Source: an uncultured bacterium | Lineage (GTDB): Bacteria; Armatimonadota; Hebobacteria; CAIYQO01 | NCBI GenBank assembly: GCA_964573385.1 | Contig: CAZNLA010000006.1 | Coordinates: 1-38,248, forward strand | Direction: 5' to 3' | DNA length: 38,248 nt | Shown: positions 8,200-17,937 of the stretch, piece after piece | Numbering within the stretch: the stretch's first letter is position 1 | Layout of the letters: the number at the start of each line of letters is the position of its first letter | Translations under genes and position numbers: made by a program | Notes under the pieces: generated by a model | Told to the model about the DNA's origin: nothing | Databases searched by the model: none | The model's input: only the letters and a program-made list of their open reading frames with translations

Positions 8200-9297
8200 T
8201 TACATCATCTCCGCCAAACCTGCATTTGCGGGTTCGCTTATTTGCATTTGTGGTAATAATGATATCACCTGTTCAAAGGTTGATGGTCCCTTTGACAGGT
8301 CTACAAAGGTTGCGCCGGCACAATGGGCAAAACGGGCGATATCGCTGAGTGTTCCTACTCCTTTACACATTCCGGTGAGGAAGGCGGCGGTGAAGGTGTC
8401 GCCGGCACCGGTGGTGTTTATTGGTCCGGTTACTTTGTACCCCGGCACAAATATGCGCTGGTTGGCAGCAATGTTAAATGGTAATCGTGAAACCTTGTCT
8501 TCGCTGCCGGTACAGATAAATACTCCTTGTGGGCCAAGGGTGATTACTAATAATGGGAGACCATAAGTAAGCAGTTTTTCGCCAGTTTCCAATAATTCTT
8601 CCGGGGTTATAATATTTTCAATATCCATTCCCTTTTCATGGGCTTTCTTTACTAATTTATTGAAAATTCCTGCAGTTTGTGACGCTTCTTCGATATTTGG
8701 TGTAAAGATATCAGCAACTCCCAAAGCATCTCCCAGCATTTCTGGCAAAGAGGTATCATCCGCTATTGGTGTTGTGTCCAGTGATACCACTACTCCGCTT
8801 TTTTTAACCATCAACAGAAATTCTGTTAAGTTTTTTCCTTGAAGGTTGTTTAATAATGGTGGATACCCAAGATGGAATATCTGTTTATCCTGTAATCTGG
8901 TGATATTAATACCATCTTTACCCGCCAGCATTTCCGCGTCCATAATGCCATTTGTACCCGGGCAAAAATATACCCCGCGTTTGCCATCTTTATACACTGG
9001 TAAAACACTTAGCGATGTTCCGGCGGTATCTGTGCGCATAACAGTATCTGTATCAATGCCATCTTTTTTCCATATATCAAGCATTATATCGCCGTTGGCG
9101 TCATTGCCGATCACGGTCAGGAACTCTACGGGTATACCGAGTTTTGCCAACGCGCGTCCTGCATTGGATGTTATACCTCCGGCGCGGTATGCTGTATTAT
9201 TTACAAGTGATAAACTTTCGCGTGTTACTAATGGTGATGTATCATATAAAAATAAATCGAGGCAGGAAACCCCGGAAATAACAATTCCGTTTCTCAT
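8200..9297 (-). CDS. PfkB/ribokinase-family carbohydrate kinase
   Basis: AGGITSNAGRALAKLG, IGNDANG, FTPNIEEA, VITLGPQG, NTTGAGDTFTAAF signatures. Confidence 0.92.
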   Translation of the reverse strand: MRNGIVISGVSCLDLFLYDTSPLVTRESLSLVNNTAYRAGGITSNAGRALAKLGIPVEFLTVIGNDANGDIMLDIWKKDGIDTDTVMRTDTAGTSLSVLPVYKDGKRGVYFCPGTNGIMDAEMLAGKDGINITRLQDKQIFHLGYPPLLNNLQGKNLTEFLLMVKKSGVVVSLDTTPIADDTSLPEMLGDALGVADIFTPNIEEASQTAGIFNKLVKKAHEKGMDIENIITPEELLETGEKLLTYGLPLLVITLGPQGVFICTGSEDKVSRLPFNIAANQRIFVPGYKVTGPINTTGAGDTFTAAFLTGMCKGVGTLSDIARFAHCAGATFVDLSKGPSTFEQVISLLPQMQISEPANAGLAEMM

Positions 9298-9314
9298 ATT
9301 TTCTCCCGGACATG

Positions 9315-9346
9315 AAAATCCCCCCGTAAAAGATTTTACAGGGGGA
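9315..9346 (-). terminator. Stem-loop between trpB2 and the PfkB gene
   Basis: TCCCCCCGTAAAA-GA-TTTTACAGGGGGA with a short U run on the minus strand. Confidence 0.6.
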
Positions 9347-9356
9347 AAGTAGTTAA

Positions 9357-10721
9357 TTAAGGAATAATTGGCAGTTCGTTAAGTGCTTTGTCTAATTCTG
9401 CCTGCGGCAATTCGAAGTCCACCAGGTTGCCGTCGATATAATTTTCGTATGCGCCCATATCCAGGAAGCCGTGACCGGAAAGACCGATAAGGATAACCTT
9501 TTCTTTGCCTTCTGCCTTCGCCTTTAATGCCGCGTCAATACCACCGCGAATAGCATGTGAGCTTTCTGGTGCCGGTATAATTCCTTCTGCTTTTGCAAAC
9601 AGGGCAGCAGCATCAAATACCGGGTTCTGCGGATAAGCGACAGCCTCGATATGGCCTTCATGAACTAACTGGCTGATTAAACCGGACATACCGTGATATC
9701 GCAGACCACCGGCGTGGATGCCTGCCGGCATAAAGTTGTGGCCCAGGGTATACATCTTCACCAGTGGTGTTGTTTTGGCAACATCACCATAATCAAATCG
9801 GTATTCACCACGGGTTAGGGTGGGGCATGCCGCCGGTTCTACACCGATGAATTGGGTATCTTTCTTGGCTTCATTGCGGAATTTCTGCCCGAGGAATGGG
9901 AATACTAAACCACCAAAGTTTGACCCACCACCACAGCAGCCAACAACAATGTCAGGATATTCGCCGATCATATCGAACTGCTCAATACATTCCAGCCCAA
10001 TAACTGTCTGGTGCATTATTACGTGGTTAAGCACTGAACCCAGTGAATAATTGGTATCGTTATGGGTGGCAGCATCTTCAACCGCTTCAGAAATCGCAAT
10101 TCCCAGACTACCTAATGAATCAGGATTTTCTGCCAGAATAGCTCTGCCGGCATTGGTCTGGTTACTAGGTGAAGCAATAACTTCAGAACCCCACAGGCGC
10201 ATCATTGTTTTTCTGTATGGTTTCTGGTGGTATGATACCTTTACCATATAAACGGTACAATCCATACCATACCAGTTACATGCCAGTGACAACGCGCAAC
10301 CCCACTGGCCTGCGCCGGTTTCAGTTGCTAATCTTTTAATTCCAGCCTGTTTATTATAATATGCCTGGGGAATGGCGGTATTTGATTTATGACTGCCGGT
10401 TGGGCTGTTGCCTTCATGTTTATAATAAATGCGTGCGGGAGTACCTAATGCCTTTTCTAACCGATAAGCACGATGTAAGGTAGTTGGTCGGTATTGGTGC
10501 AGCGCATCAATTACTTCACCCGGAATATCTATCCAACGCTGTGTTGAAACTTCCTGTTCAATGAGTGCCATTGGGAAGATTGGAGTCAACACATCCGGGG
10601 TTAATAGTTCCTGTGTGCCTGGATGTAAATAAGGTGATGGCGGGTTTGGCATGTCAGCCATAATGTTGTACCAGGCAGTTGGCATTTTATCGCCGGGTAA
10701 TACTATACGTCTGTTTGGCAT
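9357..10721 (-). CDS. trpB2: TrpB-like PLP enzyme (tryptophan synthase beta chain 2)
   Basis: 454 aa; [11 protein letters not shown] (PLP Lys), [47 protein letters not shown]. Confidence 0.95.
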   Translation of the reverse strand: MPNRRIVLPGDKMPTAWYNIMADMPNPPSPYLHPGTQELLTPDVLTPIFPMALIEQEVSTQRWIDIPGEVIDALHQYRPTTLHRAYRLEKALGTPARIYYKHEGNSPTGSHKSNTAIPQAYYNKQAGIKRLATETGAGQWGCALSLACNWYGMDCTVYMVKVSYHQKPYRKTMMRLWGSEVIASPSNQTNAGRAILAENPDSLGSLGIAISEAVEDAATHNDTNYSLGSVLNHVIMHQTVIGLECIEQFDMIGEYPDIVVGCCGGGSNFGGLVFPFLGQKFRNEAKKDTQFIGVEPAACPTLTRGEYRFDYGDVAKTTPLVKMYTLGHNFMPAGIHAGGLRYHGMSGLISQLVHEGHIEAVAYPQNPVFDAAALFAKAEGIIPAPESSHAIRGGIDAALKAKAEGKEKVILIGLSGHGFLDMGAYENYIDGNLVDFELPQAELDKALNELPIIP

Positions 10722-10831
10722 TTTTATACTTCCTTTTTTATACTTTTTGTTTAAAATTACTAAATTTCGAGTAAGTTGTATACACAGTATTTAACAAAAA
10801 TAAAAAAAAAAAAATATTTTTAAAATATACC

Positions 10832-10860
10832 TTGCATTACTGTGATAAATACACTATAAT
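10832..10860 (+). promoter_or_regulatory. sigma70 promoter of the HTH-REC gene
   Basis: TTGCAT (10832-10837), 17 bp, TATAAT (10855-10860); upstream A-tract; palindrome TGCATT-N7-AATGCA at 10872-10890. Confidence 0.65.
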
Positions 10861-10901
10861 TTACAACAGATTGCATTGAGAAGTAATGCAGGAGAAATGA
10901 T

Positions 10902-11474
10902 ATGGTTAAAAGTTCTATGGACAATATTCCAGCAGGCGAAGACATGCTGGATGCCAAGCAAGCAGCAACCTTTTTGCAGATGCACGAAGAGACATTGCGG
11001 CGGTTAGCACGTGAAAGAAAGATACCATCATACAAAGTTGGTGGTTCATGGCGATTCAGCAAAAGTATGCTTTATCGTTGGGCAGAATCACAGCAGGCCA
11101 TGCCAGAAAGAAAGTTGGCAATGATTATTGATGATGAATCTTCCATTCGCGAATATGTTACAGAAACATTGGAATTAGAAGGTTATGCTACTCAATCAGC
11201 ATCACGTGGTGTTGAGGCGTTAAGCATGATAAAGAAATCAATTCCTGATGTAATATTGCTTGACCTTAAAATGCCGGAAATGGATGGGCCAACAATTCTT
11301 CGTCATATCCGCGAATCACACGGTCTTATTCCAGTAGTTATTATTACCGGTTACCCGGACAGCACCCTGATGGCAGAAGCATTAAAATATTCACCCATTA
11401 TGTTGCTGGCCAAACCATTTTATCAGGCGAATTTAATTCAAACAGTTAAAATGGCATTAGGGCAGGCAGAATAA
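10902..11474 (+). CDS. Response regulator with N-terminal excisionase-like HTH (HTH_17) and C-terminal receiver domain
   Basis: MLDAKQAATFLQMHEETLRRLARERKIPSYKVGGSWRF; REC motifs IIDDE, LLDLKMPEMDG, IITGY, LAKPF. Confidence 0.9.
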   Translation: MVKSSMDNIPAGEDMLDAKQAATFLQMHEETLRRLARERKIPSYKVGGSWRFSKSMLYRWAESQQAMPERKLAMIIDDESSIREYVTETLELEGYATQSASRGVEALSMIKKSIPDVILLDLKMPEMDGPTILRHIRESHGLIPVVIITGYPDSTLMAEALKYSPIMLLAKPFYQANLIQTVKMALGQAE

Positions 11475-11512
11475 GATTATTAGAAATTTATAACAATTAC
11501 TAACGGTCAAAT

Positions 11513-11541
11513 AAAAGACCGCAGATTTTCTGCGGTCTTTT
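11513..11541. terminator. Bidirectional intrinsic terminator
   Basis: AAAAGACCGCAGA-TTT-TCTGCGGTCTTTT between convergent genes. Confidence 0.85.
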
Positions 11542-11555
11542 GTTCTTATATAGTA

Positions 11556-11600
11556 ATTTCGCTTATGGTCGCTAAGCCTGTTGAAGCGACCATTATTAAG
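11556..11600 (+). repeat. Half copy of family A element
   Basis: TTTCGCTTA-TGGTCGCTAAGCCTGTTGAAGCGACCATTATTAAG; a single palindromic arm. Confidence 0.65.
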
Positions 11601-11625
11601 GTTTTTTTAATGCCAGAATTAGTTT

Positions 11626-12873
11626 TTATTTCAAATGGCTGTAAATTGGGAACTGCTGGGTTAATTTAGCCACTTTCACCTTAACATCTTCACGTAACTC
11701 CGCATCTGTCGGGTTGCTTAACACATCGCACATCATATCAGCAGTCGCCACCATTTCGGCCTGGCCCATACCGCGTGAGGTAAGACATGGGCTTCCCGGT
11801 CGTATGCCTGACCATTTTGCCGGTGATGCCGGATCGTATGGAATACTGTTGGAGTTAACAACGATATTCGCCTCGCGCAGCAAATTGGCTGCATTCATGC
11901 CGGACAGGTTGTTTTTGCGCAGGTCAACCAGCATCAGGTGGTTATCGGTACCGTCTGATACTAATCTGAAACCACGTTTTTTAAATGTTGCTGCCAAAGC
12001 CTGGGCATTGGTAAGAACATTCTTCTGGTATTCAACAAATTCCGGTTGTGCCGCTTCGTGGAACATAACTGCTTTGGCGGCGATTACATGCATTAAAGGA
12101 CCGGCCTGAATACCAGGGAAAACCGCGCGATCTATTGTTTTGGATAATTCCTGTTTGCATAAAATGAACGCCGCGCGTGGGCCACGCAGTGTTTTATGTG
12201 TTGTTGAACTTACAATATCAGCGTAAGGCACCGGGCTTGGGTGTACCCCGGCGGCAACAAGACCGGCTATATGTGCCATGTCTGCCAATAAATATGCGCC
12301 AACACGGTCGGCTATATCACGAAAACGCGCAAAATCAAGAACGCGTGGATAAGCGCTAGCGCCAACTACAATCATTTTTGGGTTATGTTCAATTGCTAAT
12401 TTTTCAACCTGGTCATAATCAATCAGTTCTGTTTCGCGGTCAACGCCGTAACCGACAAAATGATAATAACGACCACTGAAATTAACACGGTTTCCATGGG
12501 ATAAATGTCCACCCTGGTCAAGACCCATAGCCAGTACAGTGTCACCCGGCTCTAAAAGTCCATAATATATTGACATATTCGCCTGAGTACCTGTAACAGG
12601 CTGAACATTTGCATGGTCGGCACCGAACAGTTTTTTTGCGCGCTCGATGGCCAGAGCTTCAACTTCATCTACATGCTCGCACCCATGGTAATAACGTGCC
12701 CCCGGGTAACCCTCGGCGTATTTGTTCGTCATCACTGATCCGGTAGCATCCATTACAGCACGACTGGCATAATTTTCAGACGGGATCATTACCAGTGTAT
12801 CCTGCTGGCGGGTAACTTCGCGCTCAACTATGGCGGCAACTTCTGGGTCAACTTCTGATAACAGGCGCTCCAT
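11626..12873 (-). CDS. glyA: Serine hydroxymethyltransferase
   Basis: [52 protein letters not shown]. Confidence 0.97.
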   Translation of the reverse strand: MERLLSEVDPEVAAIVEREVTRQQDTLVMIPSENYASRAVMDATGSVMTNKYAEGYPGARYYHGCEHVDEVEALAIERAKKLFGADHANVQPVTGTQANMSIYYGLLEPGDTVLAMGLDQGGHLSHGNRVNFSGRYYHFVGYGVDRETELIDYDQVEKLAIEHNPKMIVVGASAYPRVLDFARFRDIADRVGAYLLADMAHIAGLVAAGVHPSPVPYADIVSSTTHKTLRGPRAAFILCKQELSKTIDRAVFPGIQAGPLMHVIAAKAVMFHEAAQPEFVEYQKNVLTNAQALAATFKKRGFRLVSDGTDNHLMLVDLRKNNLSGMNAANLLREANIVVNSNSIPYDPASPAKWSGIRPGSPCLTSRGMGQAEMVATADMMCDVLSNPTDAELREDVKVKVAKLTQQFPIYSHLK

Positions 12874-13127
12874 AAAAACCTTCCTTTCAGACGATATTTA
12901 AGCGTATCAACGTAACGCTTGCGCATTATTTTACCAATTTTTAGGCAATTATATCAAACCCGGTGAAATTGTAAGAATTTGAATACATAGAGATAGATAA
13001 AGTGAGTAAAATATATAATAATTCTGCGCTATTTGGTAAAATATTTTTATAAAAAAAACTGTTTTACAAAATATTTTTTATTTACACTAATTATTTTTTT
13101 ACATTTCCCCTGATTTTAAAGATAATT

Positions 13128-13232
13128 TTAAACAGGCTCTTGCAAAACCTGTCTGAATTGTACGGAATTCCGTCCCCGGCATTCCGTACATAAAAAATAG
13201 AAATAATTGGGTTTTGCACAAGACTGTATAAA
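13128..13232 (+). mobile_element. MITE-like element family B (TTGCAAAAC-type ends around a REP hairpin)
   Basis: Left ACAGGCTCTTGCAAAACC and right GGTTTTGCACAAGACTGT form an imperfect inverted repeat; internal GTACGGAATTCCG-TCCC-CGGCATTCCGTAC; 13140-13190 matches 30441-30491 at 48/51 nt. Confidence 0.6.
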
Positions 13233-13255
13233 CAATAGATATGAGGAAACAATTT

Positions 13256-13744
13256 ATGAAAGTTCGAAATGCTATAACAAAAGATTTGCCGGATATTTTA
13301 GAAATATACAACCAAGCTGTGTTATTTACCACCGCGTCATATGATTATGATGCGCATACATTGGAAATGCGGGAAATTTGGTTTAATGACAAGATAAATC
13401 ATGGTTTTCCTGTATTTGTAATTGAAGATGCAGATGGGGTAGTGGGGTTCGGAACATATGGTAACTTTCGTGACAAGATTGGCTATCAATTTACTGTTGA
13501 ACATTAAATATATATCACCGAAAATAAACGTGGTCGGGGTTACGGCACAATTTTAATGACAGCTTTAATTGAATCAGCAATCTCCCAAAACAAACATGTA
13601 ATGATAGCCGGTATAGACGCTTTGAATACCGGGAGTATAATTTTTCATAAAAAATTTGGTTTTGAAGAAGTCGCGCATTTTAAAGAAGTTGGTAAAAAAT
13701 TCGACCAGTGGTTGGATGTAATATTTATGCAAAAGATATTATAA
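13256..13744 (+). pseudogene. GNAT N-acetyltransferase (phosphinothricin/YncA type) with in-frame TAA
   Basis: The two ORF pieces are in one frame: ...GYQFTVEH*IYITENKRGRGYGTILMTALI...NTGSIIFHKKFGF...VGKKFDQWLD. TAA at 13505-13507 sits where the family normally has Ser (VEHSIY), consistent with TCA>TAA. Confidence 0.85.
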
Positions 13745-13953
13745 TTTACATAAATATGATGAAAATTTTCATAATAACTTTTTGGGGACCCTCAAGTATC
13801 AGTATTGGTGTCAGCAAAAGTAATATTATTAAAAATTTATAACGATGAAAAAAGTTATTATGAATATTTTAACTTAATTTGGTGATATGGAAGCAGGTAA
13901 TATGTCAGTGATATGATTATTATGTCCATAGAAGTGAAATAGAACCTTATATA

Positions 13954-14712
13954 TTAGACGTAAATCATCTTTTTTGTCATCCCTCCATCAATAATAAAGT
14001 TTTGTCCGGTAATAAATCCGGATTTTTCGCTGGCGAGATACAAAACCATGGCAGCGATATCTTCCGGAATACCAACACGGCCAACCGGGTGTTGCATTCT
14101 GTCAGCATCGGTATGTATAGGATTACTTATCTTGCTTTTTTTCTGCCATTCACCGGTTTCAATCCATCCCGGACTTATGCAGTTCACCCGTATATCAGGA
14201 CCAAGTGATACCGCAAGGGCGTGTGTCAGGGCGACAATACCACCTTTTGACGCGGAATATGCTTCGGTATTTGCTTCTGACATTAACGCGCGTGTTGACG
14301 CGATATTAACAATTGCACCGTTGCATTGCCGTAACCATGGTACGGCATATTTCGCGGTAAGAAAAACGCTGGTAAGGTTTACATTTAATACCCGATTCCA
14401 TTCATTTAATGATAATTCGGTTATTGCCTTGCCTATGCCGATACCAGCGTTATTTACTATCAGGTTAATGCTGCCATATTCAATCGCTGTTTCCGTAATT
14501 ATTTTTTCAATCTCTTTTTCAATGCCGACATCAATTACCCGGGTTAATAATGTATATGACGCGGCAAAATCTTCAATTAACTCATCACATGCCTCTTTAT
14601 CAATATCAGCAACAGCAACTGCCCATCCGTCACATAACAATTGTTGGGTAATAGCCCGGCCTATTCCCTGGGATCCACCGGTAACTATTGCAACTTTTTG
14701 TTTTTCAGTCAT
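13954..14712 (-). CDS. Short-chain dehydrogenase/reductase (classical SDR)
   Basis: TGGSQGIG, VNNAG, YSASKGG, VNCISPGWI, DGG. Confidence 0.93.
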   Translation of the reverse strand: MTEKQKVAIVTGGSQGIGRAITQQLLCDGWAVAVADIDKEACDELIEDFAASYTLLTRVIDVGIEKEIEKIITETAIEYGSINLIVNNAGIGIGKAITELSLNEWNRVLNVNLTSVFLTAKYAVPWLRQCNGAIVNIASTRALMSEANTEAYSASKGGIVALTHALAVSLGPDIRVNCISPGWIETGEWQKKSKISNPIHTDADRMQHPVGRVGIPEDIAAMVLYLASEKSGFITGQNFIIDGGMTKKMIYV

Positions 14713-14784
14713 TAAATTTCTCCATTTTTCCTGATAAAATCAGGAAATCATCATTAGTTATAAGATAATTAGACAATCATGTAA

Positions 14785-15678
14785 TTATTTCCGGACTAAT
14801 TCATCGTTAATAAATGTAGTTTTTTGCAGATATCTTTGCGACCAGTGGGCAAATGCTGCCGGGCAGGAAAAACCTAATCTGTATGATATCTCTTTTTGGC
14901 TTTTACCTGCCGCGCGCATTTCCTCAACACGCAGATGTCGGCATTCATCAATATATGTGTGTATTGATAACCCGGTATATTGTTTGAATAATCGATGGAA
15001 ATGAAACTTGCTGTATCCGGTTAGTTGTACCAGGCTATCTAATGTTACCCCGTTGCCGGCAGTTGACTCAATGTGATGCTGGATAGCCTGCACCGTGCGC
15101 AATTGCAGGTTTTCCGTCTCTTCACGACGTTGATTAAGATATCCACAGTGAACAATAGCGCCTATTAACAAGCCGATAAATGATGTCAAATGTAGTCGTG
15201 TCATGCCGGGTGACGCATTTGCTATATCCGGTTTTAACATTAACAGTATCTTTTCATTCAGTCCCAATTCATCAGAAGTAAAAACGTGGCGGCATTCACG
15301 TCGTGAATCTATTTTGCCATCAGTAAACGAATACATACAAACGGAGATATGCTGGGGTAAAAGACTTATCCACAACTGGTCTTCATCCGGTGTCCATTCT
15401 GGGGCGTAAAAATCATGGGTTTCAAACGCGTCAAAAAAGAATATGGAACCAGGGCGACGTTGATAAATACGACCTTCATAACCTTGCCAACCGCCACCTG
15501 TCAGTGTCATTAACAACTCGCGATGAGGATGCGAATGCGAATTATTACGCATCCACTTGGCATGTTTTGGCTGTATTTCTTCAGGTATATCCGGTTTGCA
15601 CCACGAACTGACTATAGACCAATTATCCGGTTTACTGAATATCTGCAATATTGCGTCTGAAAAATAATTATTATCCAT
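14785..15678 (-). CDS. AraC-family transcriptional regulator (cupin plus HTH)
   Basis: HSHPHRE cupin motif; TLDSLVQLTGYSKFHFHRLFKQYTG and EISYRLGFSCPAAF. Start placed at ATG 15678 rather than 15699 because TGcTATAAT lies at 15696-15688. Confidence 0.88.
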   Translation of the reverse strand: MDNNYFSDAILQIFSKPDNWSIVSSWCKPDIPEEIQPKHAKWMRNNSHSHPHRELLMTLTGGGWQGYEGRIYQRRPGSIFFFDAFETHDFYAPEWTPDEDQLWISLLPQHISVCMYSFTDGKIDSRRECRHVFTSDELGLNEKILLMLKPDIANASPGMTRLHLTSFIGLLIGAIVHCGYLNQRREETENLQLRTVQAIQHHIESTAGNGVTLDSLVQLTGYSKFHFHRLFKQYTGLSIHTYIDECRHLRVEEMRAAGKSQKEISYRLGFSCPAAFAHWSQRYLQKTTFINDELVRK

Positions 15679-15729
15679 TGTGTAAAAATTATAGCACATA
15701 TTATTACAGCTTCATACATTGCACCATCG

Positions 15730-15763
15730 AATAAATAGCAATAATTATCAATAAATAGCAATA
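15730..15763 (+). promoter_or_regulatory. Direct-repeat site, probable AraC-family binding site
   Basis: AATAAATAGCAATA at 15730 and 15750 (20-bp period) in the divergent araC-like/degT-like intergenic region. Confidence 0.65.
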
Positions 15764-15847
15764 TCAATAATTAGAAAACTGTTGTCAGTCTAATATCAAT
15801 CCGTTATGATAGTCAACAGCATATTGTTATTACAGGGGGCAGCTATA

Positions 15848-17005
15848 ATGTTACGATTTGGCAAGAAAGAAGTTGACGCATTCGCTAAGGTGGCTTTATC
15901 CGGTGAGTTATTCCGTTATCACCGTGGCAGCGAATGTTTGCGTTTTGAACAGCGATTCGGGCGAAAAATAGGTTCGCCAAATGTATTGCTAACTTCCAGT
16001 GGTTCTGCGGCACTAATGGCCGCGTTGGGGGCGCACGGTATTGGACCCGGCGATGAGGTAATTGTACCTGCCCATACTTATATGGCAACTGCCCTGGCGG
16101 TGTTGGCAGTAGGCGCGATTCCGGTGATAATTGATATTGATGAATCGATAATGATGAGCCCGATAGCATTGGAAGACGCAATAGGTCCACTGACAAAAGC
16201 GGTGATTCCGGTGCATATGTGGGGTGAAGTTTGCGATATGGACGCGATAATGCAGATTGCGGAAAAGAAGAATCTGCTGGTAGTTGAAGATGCCTGTCAG
16301 TGTGCCGGTGGCGCTTATAACGGTCGCATGGTAGGGGGCATTGGTCATGCTGGCGCGTTCAGTTTTAATTATTATAAAAATATGACATGTGGCGAGGGTG
16401 GCGCGGTATTACTGCGTGATGATTTGGCGGCGAAACGTGCTGGTTGTATGGTGGATTGTTGTTCGTTTTATTGGAATGGTCGTCAGGATGATTTCCACCC
16501 ATTTGCCGCGGTCGGTTCACGGGCAAGTGAGTTTGATGGCGCGATACTTAATGTACAATTAGACCAGACTGATTCTCTGTTGAAAAAGCTAAGAAAAATT
16601 AAAGCGCGTATACTTAATGACACTGCTGATACCGGCTTAAAACCAACACCAAGGAATAGTCCAGAAGGGGAATGCGCCATAACCGTTATGTTCAGTTTTG
16701 ATTCCGCGACGGCAGCACAGGAATTTGCCACTGCTACAGGTGGTGGAATTGCCGGTAACACTGGTCGTCATACTTATAATGAATGGGACCCAATACTTGA
16801 ACATCATGGTGCGCATCATCCGGCAATGGATCCTTTCCTTATGCCACAAAATCAAAAATGTCGCATGAATTACAGTAAAGATATGTTGCCAAAATCGCTT
16901 GATATTCTGAGTAGAACAGTCATGATTTCTTTAAAAAATGATATGAAAGAATCTGATATAAAGAAAATAGTCAGCAATATCCGTAAAGCGGCAGGTGTTG
17001 TATAA
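15848..17005 (+). CDS. DegT/DnrJ/EryC1/StrS-family PLP aminotransferase
   Basis: SSGSAAL, GPGDEVIVP, IPVHMWG, VEDACQ, FSFNYYKNMTCGEGG (Schiff-base Lys). RBS AGGGGG favours ATG 15848. Confidence 0.93.
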   Translation: MLRFGKKEVDAFAKVALSGELFRYHRGSECLRFEQRFGRKIGSPNVLLTSSGSAALMAALGAHGIGPGDEVIVPAHTYMATALAVLAVGAIPVIIDIDESIMMSPIALEDAIGPLTKAVIPVHMWGEVCDMDAIMQIAEKKNLLVVEDACQCAGGAYNGRMVGGIGHAGAFSFNYYKNMTCGEGGAVLLRDDLAAKRAGCMVDCCSFYWNGRQDDFHPFAAVGSRASEFDGAILNVQLDQTDSLLKKLRKIKARILNDTADTGLKPTPRNSPEGECAITVMFSFDSATAAQEFATATGGGIAGNTGRHTYNEWDPILEHHGAHHPAMDPFLMPQNQKCRMNYSKDMLPKSLDILSRTVMISLKNDMKESDIKKIVSNIRKAAGVV

Positions 17006-17017
17006 ATAAATCACAGA

Positions 17018-17127
17018 GACAGGCTAAGCGACTGTAATTACAACTGGTCACTGGGCCTGTTGAAGTAATCTCATCTGAAAGCCTAAAACTTGCCCAATTT
17101 ATTTGGTTCAGGTTTTGCAAAGCGTCT
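17018..17127. repeat. Degenerate family A doublet followed by a family B-like end
   Basis: GACAGGCTAAGCGACT...GGTCACTGGGCCTGTTGAAGT (17018-17066) and GGTTTTGCAAAGCGTCT (17111-17127). Confidence 0.5.
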
Positions 17128-17181
17128 TTCCTATGGGTAACCCATCGTGGTTATCCGGTATTAAATTATAAAGGACATGTT

Positions 17182-17937
17182 ATGGATTTTTTTGATGTGA
17201 ATCTTCAGATAGGTCGTCCTGCTATACATCAGTATGGTACAGTTTCGACGTTGGATGAATTGTTTAACGCATTGGAAGATACCGGCATAACCCGCGGTGT
17301 TGTATGGCATATCTCTCAGCGCGAATGTGGTCCGGATACCGGTAATGCCATTATAAGCCAGGCTATCGCCAATGACAATCGCGCCAGTGGATGCCGGACT
17401 ATATTGCCACCACTGGTTGACGATAATATTATGACCGGCGATTTTCTGGATAGAATGGTAAGTGAGGGAATTGTTGCACTGCGCGCTTTTCCGGATGCCC
17501 AGCGATTTCAACTAAACCGTGTAACATTTGGCAATTTTTTAGATGATGTCAGTGAACGTGGTATACCATTATTAATGTCATTTTTATATGGCATGGAATG
17601 GTCTGCTATATATCAATTAATGTCGGATTATCCACAATTAACGGTGGTTTTATGCGACCTTGGGTTGTGGGGACAGGATAGAAACAGTTGGCCATTAGTT
17701 GATAAATACCCGAATGTGTATCTTGAATCAAGTCTTGTTTCGTTACAGGCCGGTGGGGTAGAAGCAGCAGTAAAGAAAATCGGCGCGGAGAAGATTATTT
17801 TTGGCAGTGGTTTCCCCAGCCATTCGCCACATGCAGCAGTTTTGGATATCCTGCATGCTGATATTTCTGACGCGGATAAACAAAAAATAGCGGCAGGAAA
17901 TTTGGATAAATTGATTAAAAAGGTGGCTGTAAGATGA
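17182..17937 (+). CDS. Amidohydrolase_2-like TIM-barrel protein with degenerate metal ligands
   Basis: FFDVNLQIG (no HxH), YPNVYLESS, GAEKIIFGSGFP (Gly in place of Asp), DKQKIAAGNL. Confidence 0.8.
   Translation: MDFFDVNLQIGRPAIHQYGTVSTLDELFNALEDTGITRGVVWHISQRECGPDTGNAIISQAIANDNRASGCRTILPPLVDDNIMTGDFLDRMVSEGIVALRAFPDAQRFQLNRVTFGNFLDDVSERGIPLLMSFLYGMEWSAIYQLMSDYPQLTVVLCDLGLWGQDRNSWPLVDKYPNVYLESSLVSLQAGGVEAAVKKIGAEKIIFGSGFPSHSPHAAVLDILHADISDADKQKIAAGNLDKLIKKVAVR

Noticed and set aside
10902-11100. Prophage or ICE excisionase
   Set aside because: The HTH is fused to a receiver domain, and there is no integrase, att site or phage gene in the window.
12874-13120. Riboswitch (ZTP, glycine or THF) upstream of glyA
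   Set aside because: The region is very AT-rich with no recognisable conserved aptamer motifs; an Rfam scan would settle it.
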